The notes: a model not told the origin generated them from the letters alone. Counted from the stretch's first letter, positions 13,695-28,078 are shown. The stretch is DNA of 64,000 nucleotides from Eledone cirrhosa (GCA_964016885.1 OZ024741.1:254076001-254140000); one strand, 5' to 3'. Numbers and translations are program-made.

Positions 13695-13817
13695 CTAAAA
13701 CCTTTAGTAAAAGCAGGGTACATAGTAATAATTCATACTCAATTCAAGTGATAGCTGTAGATTTATATCTAGATACAAACAAAATAAATATAGATACATA
13801 ACCATTAATATATTTAC

Positions 13818-13981
13818 CCCCATCCTTTAGCGGTGAAGTAGTAGTCTGTTGTTTTATTTAAGTCACTCCATGGGAAAGATATATATCGTGTATGATTAAA
13901 CCAATTATTCATTTTTGAATTAAGACCATTAAAGACCAATGCAATCTTTTGTATACCAGATTTATAAACAGCAAATTTCAG
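13818..13981 (-). CDS. Exon 3 of the PAN-domain secreted protein gene
   Basis: cttccacag acceptor, open phase-0 frame LKFAVYKSGIQKIALVFNGLNSKMNNWFNHTRYISFPWSDLNKTTDYYFTAKGW, GTAAAT donor. Phase matches exon 2. Confidence 0.75.
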
Positions 13982-14520
13982 CTGTGGAAGTAAAATTTAT
14001 TTGATTTAGTTTTGTTTGAAATATGTACAAATGTTTTGGAGCAATGATTTTTAAATCCCTTTTAATAATGATATTTAGCAACAACACAGCATTACAGGCT
14101 TCTTGTTCATCAAGTGTTCCTTTTTGAAGCAATTATTTAGGGTCAGATGCCCCTTACAACCACAGGTATATGGTATGCATAATCTAACTTGGATATGTAT
14201 TATGGGCTCGTAACTCTTGATGGAGTTGTAGGGGCACCATCATCTCATATGACATATCTTGGGCACTTTTTTAAACCCAAGCAGACCCATTTCCTCTCCT
14301 GGTAGGAATAGTCTATTCCTTCCAGAAAAAGAGAGTGTAAGAGAGAAAGTGAGAAAGAAACAGAGGAAGAATCAATCCCACTATTTGACTGACACATTTT
14401 TTATTGACCTCAAAAAGACGAAAGGCAAAGTTGACATTAGTAGGACTTGAATTCAGAGAGCATAGAGACATGGAACAAATACTACTACACATTCTACCCA
14501 ATGTTCTAATGAACCAATTA

Positions 14521-14575
<55 letters not shown>

Positions 14576-14617
14576 TCTCTCTCTCTATATATATATATAT
14601 ATTAGTGAGAGAGACAG

Positions 14618-14718
<101 letters not shown>

Positions 14719-14899
14719 AAGAGGCTGTTTGCATAATTGCAAACAAATCGAATATTATTATTGATATTCGAAAAACTCAGATTACATTTATTGTATCCAG
14801 CCATGTGGAGTGATAATTTTATTTATTTATCTGTTTGAATATGGCAAAGCCGGCCATTAATCGCTCATATACAGGAAACTGACTGGCCAGTCTGCTGAT

Positions 14900-14973
14900 A
14901 TGCAAATCTGGCTGATCAGTGGATCTGCTAATATGCAGATATGACTGATCAGCTAGTCTGGTAATATGCAAAT
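14900..14973 (+). promoter_or_regulatory. Three octamer (POU) motifs at 33-bp spacing
   Basis: ATGCAAAT 14900-14907, ATGCAGAT 14933-14940, ATGCAAAT 14966-14973. Confidence 0.4.
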
Positions 14974-15049
14974 TAGGCCGATCAGTCACCGTATATTTTA
15001 GAAAATATCATATATTTTCACGAACTCTGACAGTTGGCAGGTGAACAGT

Positions 15050-15099
15050 GAACTGTACTGATGAAGGGTAATACCCAGAAACATAAGTGTCTGCAGTTC
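15050..15099 (+). ncRNA. Type I hammerhead ribozyme with canonical core
   Basis: gaactgta-CTGATGA-a-gggtaataccc-a-GAAA-ca-taag-t-GTC-tgcagttc. All three stems pair. Predicted GUC cleavage after 15091. Confidence 0.85.
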
Positions 15100-15442
15100 T
15101 ATTTACATGCCAACACAAGAACAAGAATGAGGGGCTCATTCTATTGACATGGCTTTAAAAAAGAGGGTGTTTGCATAATTGCAAATGAATTGAATATTAT
15201 TATTAATATTCGAAAAACTCAGATTACATTTATTATATATGTATATACTTAGAGTAAACATTCTGACCAATCACTGAACAATAATGGATTTCAATTCAAG
15301 CACTCAATGTCAAGTATCTTCTTCCAATATAATTTGATACATATTTCAATGAGGATTGCAGCCACCATTGTCATTGAAATATGTATCATAGCTTTGTTAA
15401 TAAAGGACTTTTTAACATCTACACCGAACTTTGCATTTTTTT

Positions 15443-15797
<355 letters not shown>

Positions 15798-15954
15798 ATG
15801 ATGATGATGATGATGATATATATATATGTATATATATATGTATATATATGTATATATATATATATATGTATATATATATGTATATATATATATATATGTA
15901 TATATATATGTATATATATATGTATATATATATATATATGTATATATATGTATA

Positions 15955-16048
<94 letters not shown>

Positions 16049-16054
16049 TATAAG

Positions 16055-17663
16055 AAGAAATTAAAAGATGGTTAAAAAAGTTCCATATATTTTATTATGC
16101 GTATTTCAAAAACAAATATCATCATGGGATGATAGTTGCGTTATCATCCGATAAAATAAGGTAACATGATATGATGCCTAAAAACACTTGTGAACAAGGA
16201 AGTGTTCAGTCAACATATGATAAATAAATATAAAAGGAGAGAGAAGATTGGAAAAAGGAAAGAAGAGGGAAAAGGAAAAAGAAGGAGAAGATAACGGAGG
16301 AAAAATTTAAGAAGGAAGGAGGAGAGAGAGAGACTTTTAAATTGGAAACGCTGTCAAAACTGAAAACCAACTGAAATAACGTCTGGAAATGATTACAGAT
16401 ATGGAAACTAGGTATATTATTTTAAGAGGGGTGAACATGTATTATTAAAATAAAATAAAATAAAATAAAATAAAATAAAATAAAGTAAAATAAAGTTAAC
16501 TGATTTATAAGCGTAGAAGACAATATAATGTCCTAGTTTGTTTAAATAGAGTGAGATTGAAAAAATATATATGTGTAGAAGAAAATAAATAAGGGTAGTC
16601 CAATAATGTCAAAAATTAAAAGTTTACTATTAAAAAGATTAAAGATTATATATAAGAAAATGTATTATAGATTATATATAAATGAAATTATATGTGGGAA
16701 AACTATTTAAATAATTAAATATTAATTTAATCCACAAGTAAATAAAGGAATATGATATAACTATTTTAAGCGTAGAAAAAAAAGTATAGAGAGAGAGAAG
16801 AAAAAACGAAGAAAAACATATGACGTCATAATTTGTTTACAAAATCAACGAATGTTTATACTGATTAAATTGATGTGATAAATGGGGAAAGTGAACGGCT
16901 TAAAAAATAATATAAAGAAACATTAAATATGAACTATTTAAATAATAATTTTTATATCACCAAGTAAATAAAGGAATTTGCTAGAGTGATTTAAAATGTA
17001 GATCATATAACGTCATAGTATGTTTAAAACTTTGTAGAATGTATTGAAATAAGGTATTTGTGTAAAAAGAAAAAAATATATATATATATGTGTGAAAAAC
17101 TTTTAATCTTAATCATGGAATAAGATATAGGGTATTAGCCGTATACTTTGTGAAATGACCTAAGAGATTTATGGATGCAGAGAGCAAATAAATCGGTGCG
17201 TCTATTTATTATAGAGTTGAAATTTGAGATAATGGTACATTTTTCAGCTAGACATAAATTACAAGCCCTCGAAATGGAAGCGTTAGAATATGGAAAAGCA
17301 TTGCAAATTTTACGCCAAGAAATTTTGTAATTAATGTTTTTGTCTTTTAAGGACCAGATGAGTTCTGAGAGTGCAGTGTTTGTTCTTTTAAGTGGAAATT
17401 TAAAAGAAGAAGAATGGTTATATAGTCTTGCCTTAAAGGAAGTAGAAGTAGAGCCAATGTAGGAATAAGAATTGGTACTAGTTAGCACCTTACATTCATA
17501 TACTAGATTTTTATTGAGACAGAAATTATTAAGAGGACATTTAGTTCTATTAGGGCAATTGCATTTACGATTATTTGCAAGTGGCCCAGGATTATTTATA
17601 ATAACATTAATCGTAAATGCAATTGCCCTAATAGAACTAACTGTCCTCTTAATAATTTCTGTC
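16055..17663 (-). mobile_element. Penelope-like element 3' part (GIY-YIG, UTR, pLTR) with 5' fold-back
   Basis: ORF 17135-17674 has CNC..CPL..CL..NLVY, YIGST..FKARLYNH, CNLCLAEK and CIH. Segment 17518-17573 is inverted at 17609-17663. Confidence 0.88.
16090..16156 (-). ncRNA. Degenerate hammerhead motif in the Penelope 3' end
   Basis: Minus strand: ttttat-CGGATGA-(..tatcatc-ccat-gatgata..)-GAAA-tacgca-TA-ataaaa. U4>G. Confidence 0.6.
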
Positions 17664-18685
17664 AAGTATCTCAAAGAACTCTGTCATCCCATCAGGTGTA
17701 ATGACTTGGGCTTTGGTGTCAGGTCCACTATATTCTTGGGGATTCCATAAGCCTGTAAGATCTTCATCAGGCAGTGACGGCTCACAGATACATTGGCTCC
17801 CTACCTTTTTATCATCGTAGTGGACTATTGTATGCGCCTTGCACTGGAGAAACACCAGGACTCTGGCTTTACTCTAGTACCGGCTCAGAGCAGGAGAGTT
17901 AAGGCGAAAAAGATATTGGATGCTGAATTTGCCGATGACATAGTTTTGGTGACAAATACAGTGAAGGAGGCAGAGGATTTGATGCAGGAGGTTGACACTG
18001 TGTCGATGAGTGTGGGGCTGAGAATGAATGAGACTAAAACAAAATATCTGGTAGAGAATGTTGAGAAGCCAGAGGGGATCACTAATGTAGGCGGGAAGCC
18101 GCTAGAATTGGTTGAGGACGTCCTGTATTTGGGAGCAAAGATTGGGAATACGGAAGATGATGTAGTTGAGAGGAAGAGCAAAGCCTGGGCAGCGTGCCAC
18201 AGCTTGAGATCGGTGTGGAAGTCGGACCTTCGTAAAGACCTGAAAATCCGCCTCTTCATTGCTGTAGTGGAGTCTGTGCTGCTGTACGGGTCTGAGACTT
18301 GGACACTGACCAAGAAACTCACTCAGATGGGGGATGGGTGCTACATGAGAATGCTGAGGATGGCTCTGAACATTAATCAGTATACACTGAGGATGAAAAC
18401 CTCAGAGCTGTATGGGAGCCTCCCAAAAGTCAGCTCAAAAGTGACAGAGAGGAGACTGAGGTTAGCTGGACATTCTCACCGACATCCAGAGCTGACATTT
18501 CACTCAGTGCTCCTATGGGAGCCCTTACATGGACACACTGGAAGAGGAAGACCAAGGTTAACGTATGTTGATACCCTAAGGACAGACACTGGTCTGTTGG
18601 AGACGCAGGACATGGCAGCAATAATGAGGGACAGAGACCGCTGGAGAGAACTCGTCCATGGATCTCTCGGGAATTTTACCCGCAC
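17661..18685 (+). mobile_element. RTE-clade LINE, 5'-truncated with 5' inversion
   Basis: ORF 17793-18746 has DTLAPYLF, EFADD, YLG, ESVLLYGSETWTL and GRGRP. Upstream RT sequence (LMKILQAYGIP..TKAQVITPDGMTEFFEIL) lies on minus at about 17661-17775. Confidence 0.9.
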
Positions 18686-18705
18686 TAGAAAAAAATATAT
18701 ATATA

Positions 18706-19045
18706 TGGAGGCACATGGCTTAGTGGTTAGAGCATTGTTTCCTTGAGCAAGACACTTTATTTCACATTGCTTCAGTTTACTCAGCTGTAGAAATGAGATG
18801 ATAGGACTGGGGTCCCTATCATTCCACTGCAAAGTGGTCGTGGAGGTGCCACGGCAAAAAAGCACCCAGCCCACACTGTAAAGTCGACGTGTAGGCACCA
18901 CAGAAAAAAAGCACCCAGCACTCACTGTAAATGAGGTTGGTGTTAGGAAGGGCATCCAGCTGTAGAAATCAAGCCAGAATCAGTTCCCGTCCCACCCTTG
19001 CAAGTAGGGAAAAGCGGACATAAAATGATGATGAATGATGATGAT
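18706..19045 (+). mobile_element. SINE family A with tRNA-like head
   Basis: A-box tggcttagtgg, core gagcaagacactttatttcac, GAT tail. Confidence 0.8.
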
Positions 19046-19414
19046 ATAGTTGTTTCTCAGGAAGACGGTGAGATTCATCAGGTATTTCAATACTAGAAAC
19101 AGGAAGTAACATAACCGCTACCTGCTTGTCAATATATCTACCTACCATGACCAATAAAGCCTCTGATATGATCGTAAAACAATGAACTACTTAACAACCA
19201 ATCTCCAGCTTTTGTTTTATTTTCATTGTTCAATACACACACATACACAGACACACACACATACACAGACTTAGACAGACACGCACGTGCAAACACACAC
19301 ACACACATGCACACATACACATACACACACGCACACACTCACACACATGTATATACATATTATCATCATTATCATCAGTGTCGTCTTAACGTCCACTTTC
19401 CCTGCTAGCAAGGG

Positions 19415-20425
19415 ATAGTGGTCTTATAGTGCCGCCAATGTCAAATTGATTGCATTTTGCACATTGGATGCAGTATACTATGTATACTGAATATGTCTGT
19501 ATTGTGGATGGGGCAGTTTGCAAGCATGCATTGGTTATTGTCAACTTCAAGCTATTTTTTAATAAGTATTTCTGAAGTGAAGCACCAGACTAGGCTAAAT
19601 ATATCGCATCCATTCCTGTGGATGGCCCTACTGATAGCCATGGTTATCTTGTCATTGAAGTGTGGCAACTTCAGGAAGCTGGTGTTGGAAGAGGTCTTAT
19701 GTTTTTCAGGCTTAACCTGTTGACTGCCGCATATATTTTAAACAGTTACAGTTGCTGTGCCGGGTTCTTTTTCAGTAAAATGACTTTTTAAACAAACATT
19801 TATTAACAACACATATCAGAATGATTAACAAACGTCACATCAATAAACTAGTAATCCCATCTAGCTTTGAAGTTATGAACTGTTGGAAACTAGCTCAAAC
19901 ATGTTAGGATGAGTTATCTTGTCCGTGACACTGGAATGCAAATATGTTAGGACGAGTTATCTCGTCTACAGCACTCAAGAAGTTGAAGCCTTGAAGATGA
20001 CTGGTGGTGGATGCTGAATATCTTTTGGCCTCTAGCATCTTAAAGAAATGTGTAGTATGGATGACCCAGTCCTCTGCCTTGCCACATTTATTTTGAATAT
20101 GTGTGATTTCATTCTGTACATATCCAATTTTAGCCCTGAGGGCAATGACTAATTTGTAGTGTACAAACAAGTCTCTGCTGGTAGATTTTCTGTAGAAGGT
20201 GGTGTGGATGTCACACCCTGTTAGCCTTAGTTGGAAATCATGCAGGGACAGGTATCCTGTGTCATGCTAGTGTTCTATGCAGAACTGTATGTTATCATCC
20301 ATGTTCAAGAATGTGCCAAATATTTTGTTGGTTTCTTCAGGGAAAGATGTGAGGATGAGAAAGCTTTTTACATATCTGATGAAAAAGGCACAGGTAATGC
20401 CTCAACACTGTTATCATATTTTTAA
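19415..20425 (-). mobile_element. Old degenerate Penelope-like element (RT C-terminus and GIY-YIG)
   Basis: Minus-strand fragments FIRYVKSFLI..NIQFCIEH, TTFYRKST..FVHY, FLKLPHFND and IQCAKCNQFDIGGTIR occur in PLE domain order. Confidence 0.7.
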
Positions 20426-20654
20426 CATTTACCATCCAATTCATATTGTGGTAGCTCTCAAACAAAACCCTATTTTCTAAAACTGTAGAAATAAAGGATA
20501 GACATACTAGTCAACTTTGACCTTCCTTCAAATTTGTTGGCTTGTTGCCTAAATTTAGAAATTAGTATTTGGGAAGAAAAATTATAAAAAGTCTGACATC
20601 AAAAAAAGAGTAAAAATACTGAATTGCAGAAGCTACAGCAACTCTTCTGTAAAA

Positions 20655-21055
20655 AGGAAAGTTGAATACACTGACCCAAGTGTGTTAATGGTACTTCATG
20701 TTATTGACCCCACAAGGATGAAAGGCAAATCTAACCTCAGTGGGATGTGAACTCAGAACATAAAGAGCCGTAAATTTATGCCCCAAAGTATGTTGTCTGA
20801 CACTACTGATACAGCAAATCCATAAAAAAAAAAAAATAATGGTTTCTGATCCAGGTACAAGGCCAACGGTTTTGTGGGAAGGGAAGATAATTAAATCTAC
20901 TCCAACGCATTACTGGTACTTTATTTTATCTATCCCATAAGGATGAAAGACAAGGCTAACCTTGGAAGAATTTGAACACCGAACATTAAGGGCCATAACT
21001 CTATGCTGCGAAGCATGTTGTCCAACTCTCTACAAATACTGACAATTCACTGCAT
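20655..21055 (-). mobile_element. Two adjacent SINE family B copies
   Basis: aggatgaaag(g/a)caa..aacct..tgaac core at about 20715 and 20940. Confidence 0.65.
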
Positions 21056-21679
21056 TGTATGAGTGATAATAATGATTTTCAATTTAGTTACAAGGCCAAC
21101 AATTTTTGGGAAAAGTAGTATTGATTATATCAATTTTCTAACAGTTTGACTATGGGCAATGGTGCCAACCTCCCAGTCACCACTCGTCATTCTGGTGCCA
21201 TGACAAAAAGTGCCAAGTCCACATGATAAAGTGGTCATGCATGTGACACAACAAAAAGTGCCCAGTTCACATGGTAAAGTGGTAATTTTGGTGCTATGGT
21301 AAAAAGCATTAATTCCAGTTCTTCTTATTAATTATTGCATTGTTTCTTTTCAGGGATTATGCTGAAAACTGAACCTCATTTGGTCATTCTTTGAGAGTGT
21401 CTTGGTCAGGCTATGAACTTTTAAGCCGACCCTTGTAAGAACATTTTCATAAGATATTTTACAAATAACAATGTAATAATTAGATAATCAGTAAATTTAG
21501 TAAATCTTGCAAAATTCTTCATTAATTTCTTATGACATATGATGTCTTCCATTAGAAATATGGTGACAAGATATTTAGGGATTAAACAGAGTAATATAGA
21601 AAATAGAAGGTTACAAAAAAGAGTCTCATATAACAGGTCTATCTGAGAATTTGTGATGTCACCTAGCTGAGCTATTATT

Positions 21680-24600
21680 AGTCTATATCCTCTCTATAGA
21701 TTATCACTGGTCTATAGACTGTCACTGGTCTATATCCTCTCTATAGACAGTCCCTGGTCTATAGACTATCACTGGTCTATATCCTCTCTATAGACTGTCA
21801 CTGGTCACTATCCTCTCTATAGAGTGTCACTGGTCTCTATCCTCTCTATAGACTGTCAATAGTCTATATACTCTCTATAGACTGTCACTGGTCTATAGAC
21901 TGTCACTGGTCTATATCCTCACTATAGACTGTCACTGGTCTATATCCTCTCTATAGACTGTCACTTGTCTATATACTCTCTATAGACTGTCACTGGTCTA
22001 TGTCCTCTCTATAGACAGTCCCTGGTCTATAGACTGTCATTGGTCTATATACTCTCTATAGACTGTCACTGGTCTATAGACTGTCACTGGTCTATAGACT
22101 GTCACTGGTCTATATCCTCTCTATAGACTGTCACTGGTAACTATCCTCTCTATAGACTGTCACTAGTCTATATCCTCTCTATAGACTGTCACTGGTCTAT
22201 ATCCTCACTATAGACTGTCACTGGTCTATAGACTGTCACTGGTCTATATCCTCTCTATAGACTGTCACTAGTCTATATACTCACTATAGACTGTCACTTG
22301 TCCATATCCTTTCTATAGAATGTCACTGGTTTCTATCCTCTCTATAGAGTGTCACTAGTCTATATCCTCTCTTTAGAGTGTCACTAGTCTATATACTCTC
22401 TATAGACTGTCACTGGTCTCTATTCTCTCTATAGACTGTCACTGGTCTATATCCTCTCTATAGACTGTCACTAGTCTATATCCTCTCTATAGACTGTCAC
22501 TGGTCTATATCCTCACTATAGACTGTCACTGGTCTATAGACTGTCACTGTTCTATATCCTCTCTATAGACTGTCACTGGTCTATATCCTCTCTATAGACT
22601 GTCACTAGTCTATATCCTCACTATAGACTGTCATTGGTCTATAGACTGTCACTAGTCTATATCCTTTCTATAGAATGTCACTGGTCTCTATCCTCTCTAT
22701 AGACTGTCACTGGTTTCTATCCTCTCTATAGACTGTCACTAGTCTATATCTTCTCTATAGACTGTCACTGGTCTCTATCCTCTCTATAGACTGTCACTAG
22801 TCTATATCTTCTCTATAGACTGTCACTGGTCTCTATCCTCTCTATAGACTGTCACTAGTCTATATACTCTCTATAGACTGTCACTAGTCTATATACTCTC
22901 TATAGACTGTCACTACTCTATATACTCTCTAGAGACTGTCACTGGTCTATATACTCTCTACACACTGGCACTGGCCTATATCCCCAATATAGACTGTCAC
23001 TGGTCACTATCCTCTTTATAGACTGTCACTAGTCTATATACTCTCTATAGACTGTCACTGGTCTCTATCCTCTCTATAGACAGTCCCTGGTCTATAGACT
23101 GTCACTGGTCTATATCCTCTCTATAGACTGTCACTGGTCACTATCCTCTCTATAGAGTGTCACTGGTCTCTATCCTCTCTATAGACTGTCAATAGTCTAT
23201 ATACTTTCTATAGACAGTCACTGGTCTATAGACTGTCACTGGTCTATATCCTCACTATATACTGTCACTGGTCTATATCATCTCTATAGACTTCACTAGT
23301 CTATATACTCTCTATAGACTGTCACTGGTCTATAGACTGTCACTGGTCTATATCCTCTCTATAGGCAGTCCCTTGTCTATAGACAGTCACTGTTCTATAT
23401 ACTCTCTATAGACTATCACTGGTCTCTATCCTCTTTATAGACTGTCACTAATCTATATACTCTCTATAGACTGTCACTGGTCTATAAACTGTCACTGGTC
23501 TATAAACTGTCACTGGTCTATAAACTGTCACTGGTCTCTATCCTCTCTATAGACTGTCACTAGTCTATATACTCTCTATAGACTGTCACTAGTCTCTATA
23601 CTCTCTATAGACTGTCACTGGTCTATATCCTCTCTATAGACTGTCACTAGTCTATATACTCTCTATAGACTGTCACTGGTCTATATCCTCTCTATGGACT
23701 GTCAATAGTCTATATACTCTCTATAGACTGTCACTGGTCTATAGACTGTCACTGGTCTATATCCTCTCTATAGACTGTCACTAGTCTATATACTCTCTAT
23801 AGACTGTCACTGGTCTATAGACTGTCACTGGTCTATATCCTCTCTATAGACTGTCACTGGTCTATATACTCTCTATAGACTGTCACTAGTCTATATCCTC
23901 ACTATAGACTGTCATTTGTCCATATCCTTTCTATAGAATGTCACTGGTTTCTATCCTCTCTATAGACTGTCACTAGTCTATATCCTCTCTTTAGACTGTC
24001 ACTAGTCTATATACTCTCTATAGACTGTCACTGGTCTCTATTCTCTCTATAGACTGTCACTGGTCTATATCCTCTCTATAGACTGTCACTAGTCTATATC
24101 CTCTCTATATACTGTCACTAGTCTATATCCTCTCTATAGACTGTCACTGGTCTATATCCTCACTATAGACTGTCACTGGTCACTATCCTCTCTATAGAAT
24201 GTCCCTGGTCTATAGACAGTCACTGGTCTCTATCCTCCTCTCTATGGACTGTCAATAGTCTATATACTCTCTATAGACTGTCACTGGTCTATAGACTGTC
24301 ACTGGTCTCTATCCTCTCTATTGACTGTCACTGGTCTATATCTTCTCTATAGACTGTCACTAGTCTATATACTCTCTATAGACTGTCACTGGTTTATATA
24401 CTCTATATAGACTGTCACTGGTCTATATCCTCTCTATAGACTGTCACTAGTCTATATCCTCTCTATAGACTGTCACTAGTCTATATACTCTCTATAGACT
24501 GTCACTGGTCTATATACTCTATATAGACTGTCACTGGTCTATATCCTCTCTATAGACTCTCACTAGTCTATATGCTCTCTATAGACTGCCACTGGTCTAT

Positions 24601-27424
24601 GTCCTCTCTATAGACTGTCACTTGTCTACAGACTCTTCCTGGTCTATAGACTGTCACTAGTCTATATCCTCTCTATAGACTGTCACTAGTCTATATCCTC
24701 TCTATAGACTGTCACTAGTCTATATCTTCTCTATAGACTGTCACTGGTCTATATCCTCTCTATAGAATGTCACTGGTCTATATACTCACTATAGACTGAG
24801 ACTAGTCTATATACTCTCTATAGACTATCACTGGTCTCTATCCTCTCTATAGACTGTCACTAGTCTATATACTCTCTATAGACTGTCACTAGTCTATATA
24901 CTCTCTATAGACTGTCATTTGTCTATATACTCTCTACAGACTGGCACTGGTCTATATCCTCTCTATAGACTGTCACTGGTCTATAGACTGTCACTGGTCT
25001 ATATCCTCTCTATAGACAGTCCCTGGTCTATAGACTGTCACTGTTCTATATCCTCTCTATAGACTGTCACTGGTCTCTATTCTCTTTATAGACTGTCACT
25101 AGTCTATATACTCTCTATAGACTGTCACTGGTCTATAGACTGTCACTGGTCTCTATCCTCTCTATAGACTGTCACTAGTCTATATACTCTCTATAGACTG
25201 TCACTAGTCTATATACTCTCTATAGACTGTCACTGGTCTATATTCTCTCTATAGACTGTCACTGGTCACTATCCTCTCTATAGACTGTCCCTGGTCTATA
25301 GACAGTCACTGGTCTCTATCCTCTCTATAGACTGTCAATAGTCTATATACTCTCTATAGACTGCCACTGGTCTATAGACTGTCACTGGTCTCTATCCTCT
25401 CTTTAGACTCTCACTGGTCTATATCCTCTCTATAGACTGTCACTAGTCTATATCCTCTCTTTAGACTGTCACTCGTCTATATACTCTCTATAGACTGTCA
25501 CTAGTTTATATACTCTCTATAGACTGTCACTGGTCTCTATTCTCTTTATAGACTGTCACTAGTCTATATACTCTCTATAGACTGTCACTGGTCTATAGAC
25601 TGTCACTGGTCTCTATCCCCTCTATAGACTGTCACTAGTCTATATACTCTCTATAGACTGTCACTAGTCTATATACTCTATATAGACTGTCACTGGTCTA
25701 TATACTCTCTATAGACTGTCACTGGTCACTATCCTCTCTATAGACTGTCCCTGGTCTATAGACAGTCACTGGTCTCTATCCTCTCTATAGACTGTCAATA
25801 GTCTATATACTCTCTATAGACTGTCACTGGTCTATAGACTGTCACTGGTCTCTATCCTCTCTTTAGACTGTCACTGGTCTATATCCTCTCTATAGACTGT
25901 CACTAGTCTATATCCTCTCTTTAGACTGTCACTCGTCTATATACTCTGTATAGACTGTCACTACTCTATATCCTCACTATAGACTGTCACTGGTCTATAT
26001 CCTCTCTATAGGCTGTCCCTGGTCTATAGACAGTCACTGGTCTCTATCCTCTCTATAGACTGTCAATAGTCTATATACTCTCTATAGACTGTCACTGGTC
26101 TATAGACTGTCACTGGTCTCTCTCCTCTCTATTGACTGTCACTGGTCTATATCCTCTCTATAGACTGTCACTAGTCTATATACTCTCTATAGACTGTCAC
26201 TGGTTTATATACTCTCTATAGACTGTCACTGGTCTATATACTCTATATAGACTGTCACTGGTCTATATCCTCTCTATAGACTGTCACTAGTCTATATACT
26301 CTCTATAGACTGTCACTGGTCTATATACTCTATATAGACTGTCACTGGTCTATATCCTCTCTATAGACTCTCACTAGTCTATATGCTCTCTATAGACTGC
26401 CACTGGTCTATGTCCTCTCTATAGACTGTCACTTGTCTATAGACTCTTCCTGGTCTATAGACTGTCACTAGTCTATATCCTCTCTATAGACTGTCACTAG
26501 TCTATATCCTCTCTATAGAATGTCACTGGTCTCTATCCTCTCTATAGACTGTCACTAGTCTATATACTCTCTATAGACTGTCACTGGTCTCTATTCTCTC
26601 TATAGACTGTCACTGGTCTCTATCCTCTCTCTAGACTGTCACTAGTCTATATACTCTCTATAGACTGTCACTAGTCTATATACTCCCTATAGACTGTCTC
26701 TGGTCTCTATTCTCTCTTTAGACTGTCATTGGTCTATATCCTCTCTATAGACTGTCACTAGTCTATATCCTCTCTTTAGACTGTCACTGGTCTATATCCT
26801 CTCTATAGACTGTCACTAGTCTATATACTCTATATAGAATGTCACTAGTCTATATACTCTCTATAGACTGTCACTAGTCTTTATACTCTCTATAGACTGT
26901 CACTAGTCTATATACTCTATATAGACTGTCACTGGTCTATATCCTTTCTATAGACTGTCACTAGTCTGTATGCTCTCTATAGACTGCCACTGGTCTATAT
27001 CCTCTCTATAGACTGTCACTTGTCTACAGACTCTTCCTGGTCTATAGACTGTCACTGGTCTATAGATTGTCACTAGTCTATATCCTCTCTATAGACTGTC
27101 ACTGGTCTATAGACTGTCACTAGTCTATATCTTCTCTATAGACTGTCACTAGTCTATATCTTCTCTATAGACTGTCACTGGTCTATATCCTCTCTATAGA
27201 ATGTCACTGGTCTATATACTCACTATAGACTGTCACTAGTCTATATACTCTCTATAGACTGTCACTGGTCTATAGACTGTCACTAGTCTATATCTTCTCT
27301 ATAGACTGTCACTGGTCTAAATCCTCTCTATAGACTCTCACTGGTCTATAGACTGTCACTAGTCTATATCTCCTCTATAGACTGTCACTGGTCTATATCC
27401 TCTCTATAGACTGTCACTGGTCTG
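21680..27424. repeat. 5.7-kb palindromic-unit satellite of 29-bp and 18-bp units
   Basis: TATAGACTGTCACT(G/A)GTCTATAT(C/A)CTCTC interspersed with TATAGACTGTCACTGGTC, roughly 200 units, no unique spacers. Confidence 0.97.
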
Positions 27425-27462
27425 TGTCATTTGTCAACTTCTCAGAATATTTAAGCAATCAC

Positions 27463-27644
27463 CTGATAAACAGAATTGTTCGTCCATGTATCTATAAGTG
27501 AACTTCTATAAAAGAATGTTTCACTGAGGTTTGAACATTTGTTGGGTGTGTTCACTGTTCTGGGATCCACCATGTATGAGCTGTACATCACACATTCTTT
27601 CTCCATTCTTAATGAATATACTTTCAGCCAGTTGTTCACTAAAT
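27463..27644 (-). CDS. Exon 2 of the PAN-domain secreted protein gene
   Basis: tttgtag acceptor, 182 nt (phase 1 to 0), open frame LVNNWLKVYSLR...FFYRSSLIDTWTNNSVYQ, CAG|GTGATT donor. Confidence 0.7.
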
Positions 27645-28078
27645 CTACAAATATATAAGTTTTCAAACATATATTTTGTATTCCATATAAACAAAATATA
27701 CTTACAGTAATCTCCAAATTCAACCAAGCAGTTCTCATGTATTGTGATACTATGGTGGTATATTGAGTTGTAGTGGTGTGTTAATTTGGTGGTGTGTTGT
27801 GGTGTGATGTTTTGATGTGATGTTTTGATGTGATGTGATGTGATGTTGTTGTCATGTGTTGTGATCTTGCTTGAGTTTGTCGTGGAGTGATGCTGTTGTG
27901 TGTTGTAGCATGATAATATGATGTGATGTGATGTGATGTGTTGTGGTGTAATGTAGTGTTGGTGATCATGGTGGAGATGGTATTTTAGTGGGACAGTAGA
28001 TTAATATGATGGCATAATAGACATTCTTTACCCCAATTCCACTAAAAGCAAAAGCTTATCCCACTCACTGAAAATTGA

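Noticed and set aside
17762-17775. CTGATGA on the minus strand
   Set aside because: It is RTE coding sequence (LMK) with no GAAA or stems.
18706-18740. tRNA gene
   Set aside because: The A-box belongs to a SINE head and no cloverleaf forms.
19045-19095. Minus-strand CTGATGA..GAAA motif
   Set aside because: Cut by the SINE tail. Stems I and III cannot be verified.
21680-27424. CRISPR-like array of 29-bp palindromic repeats
   Set aside because: No unique spacers, no cas genes and a eukaryotic context. It is a satellite.
27706-27750. Possible mini-exon with GTAAGT donor upstream of PAN exon 2
   Set aside because: The nearest AG acceptor gives an incompatible phase, and the implied intron is only about 60 nt.
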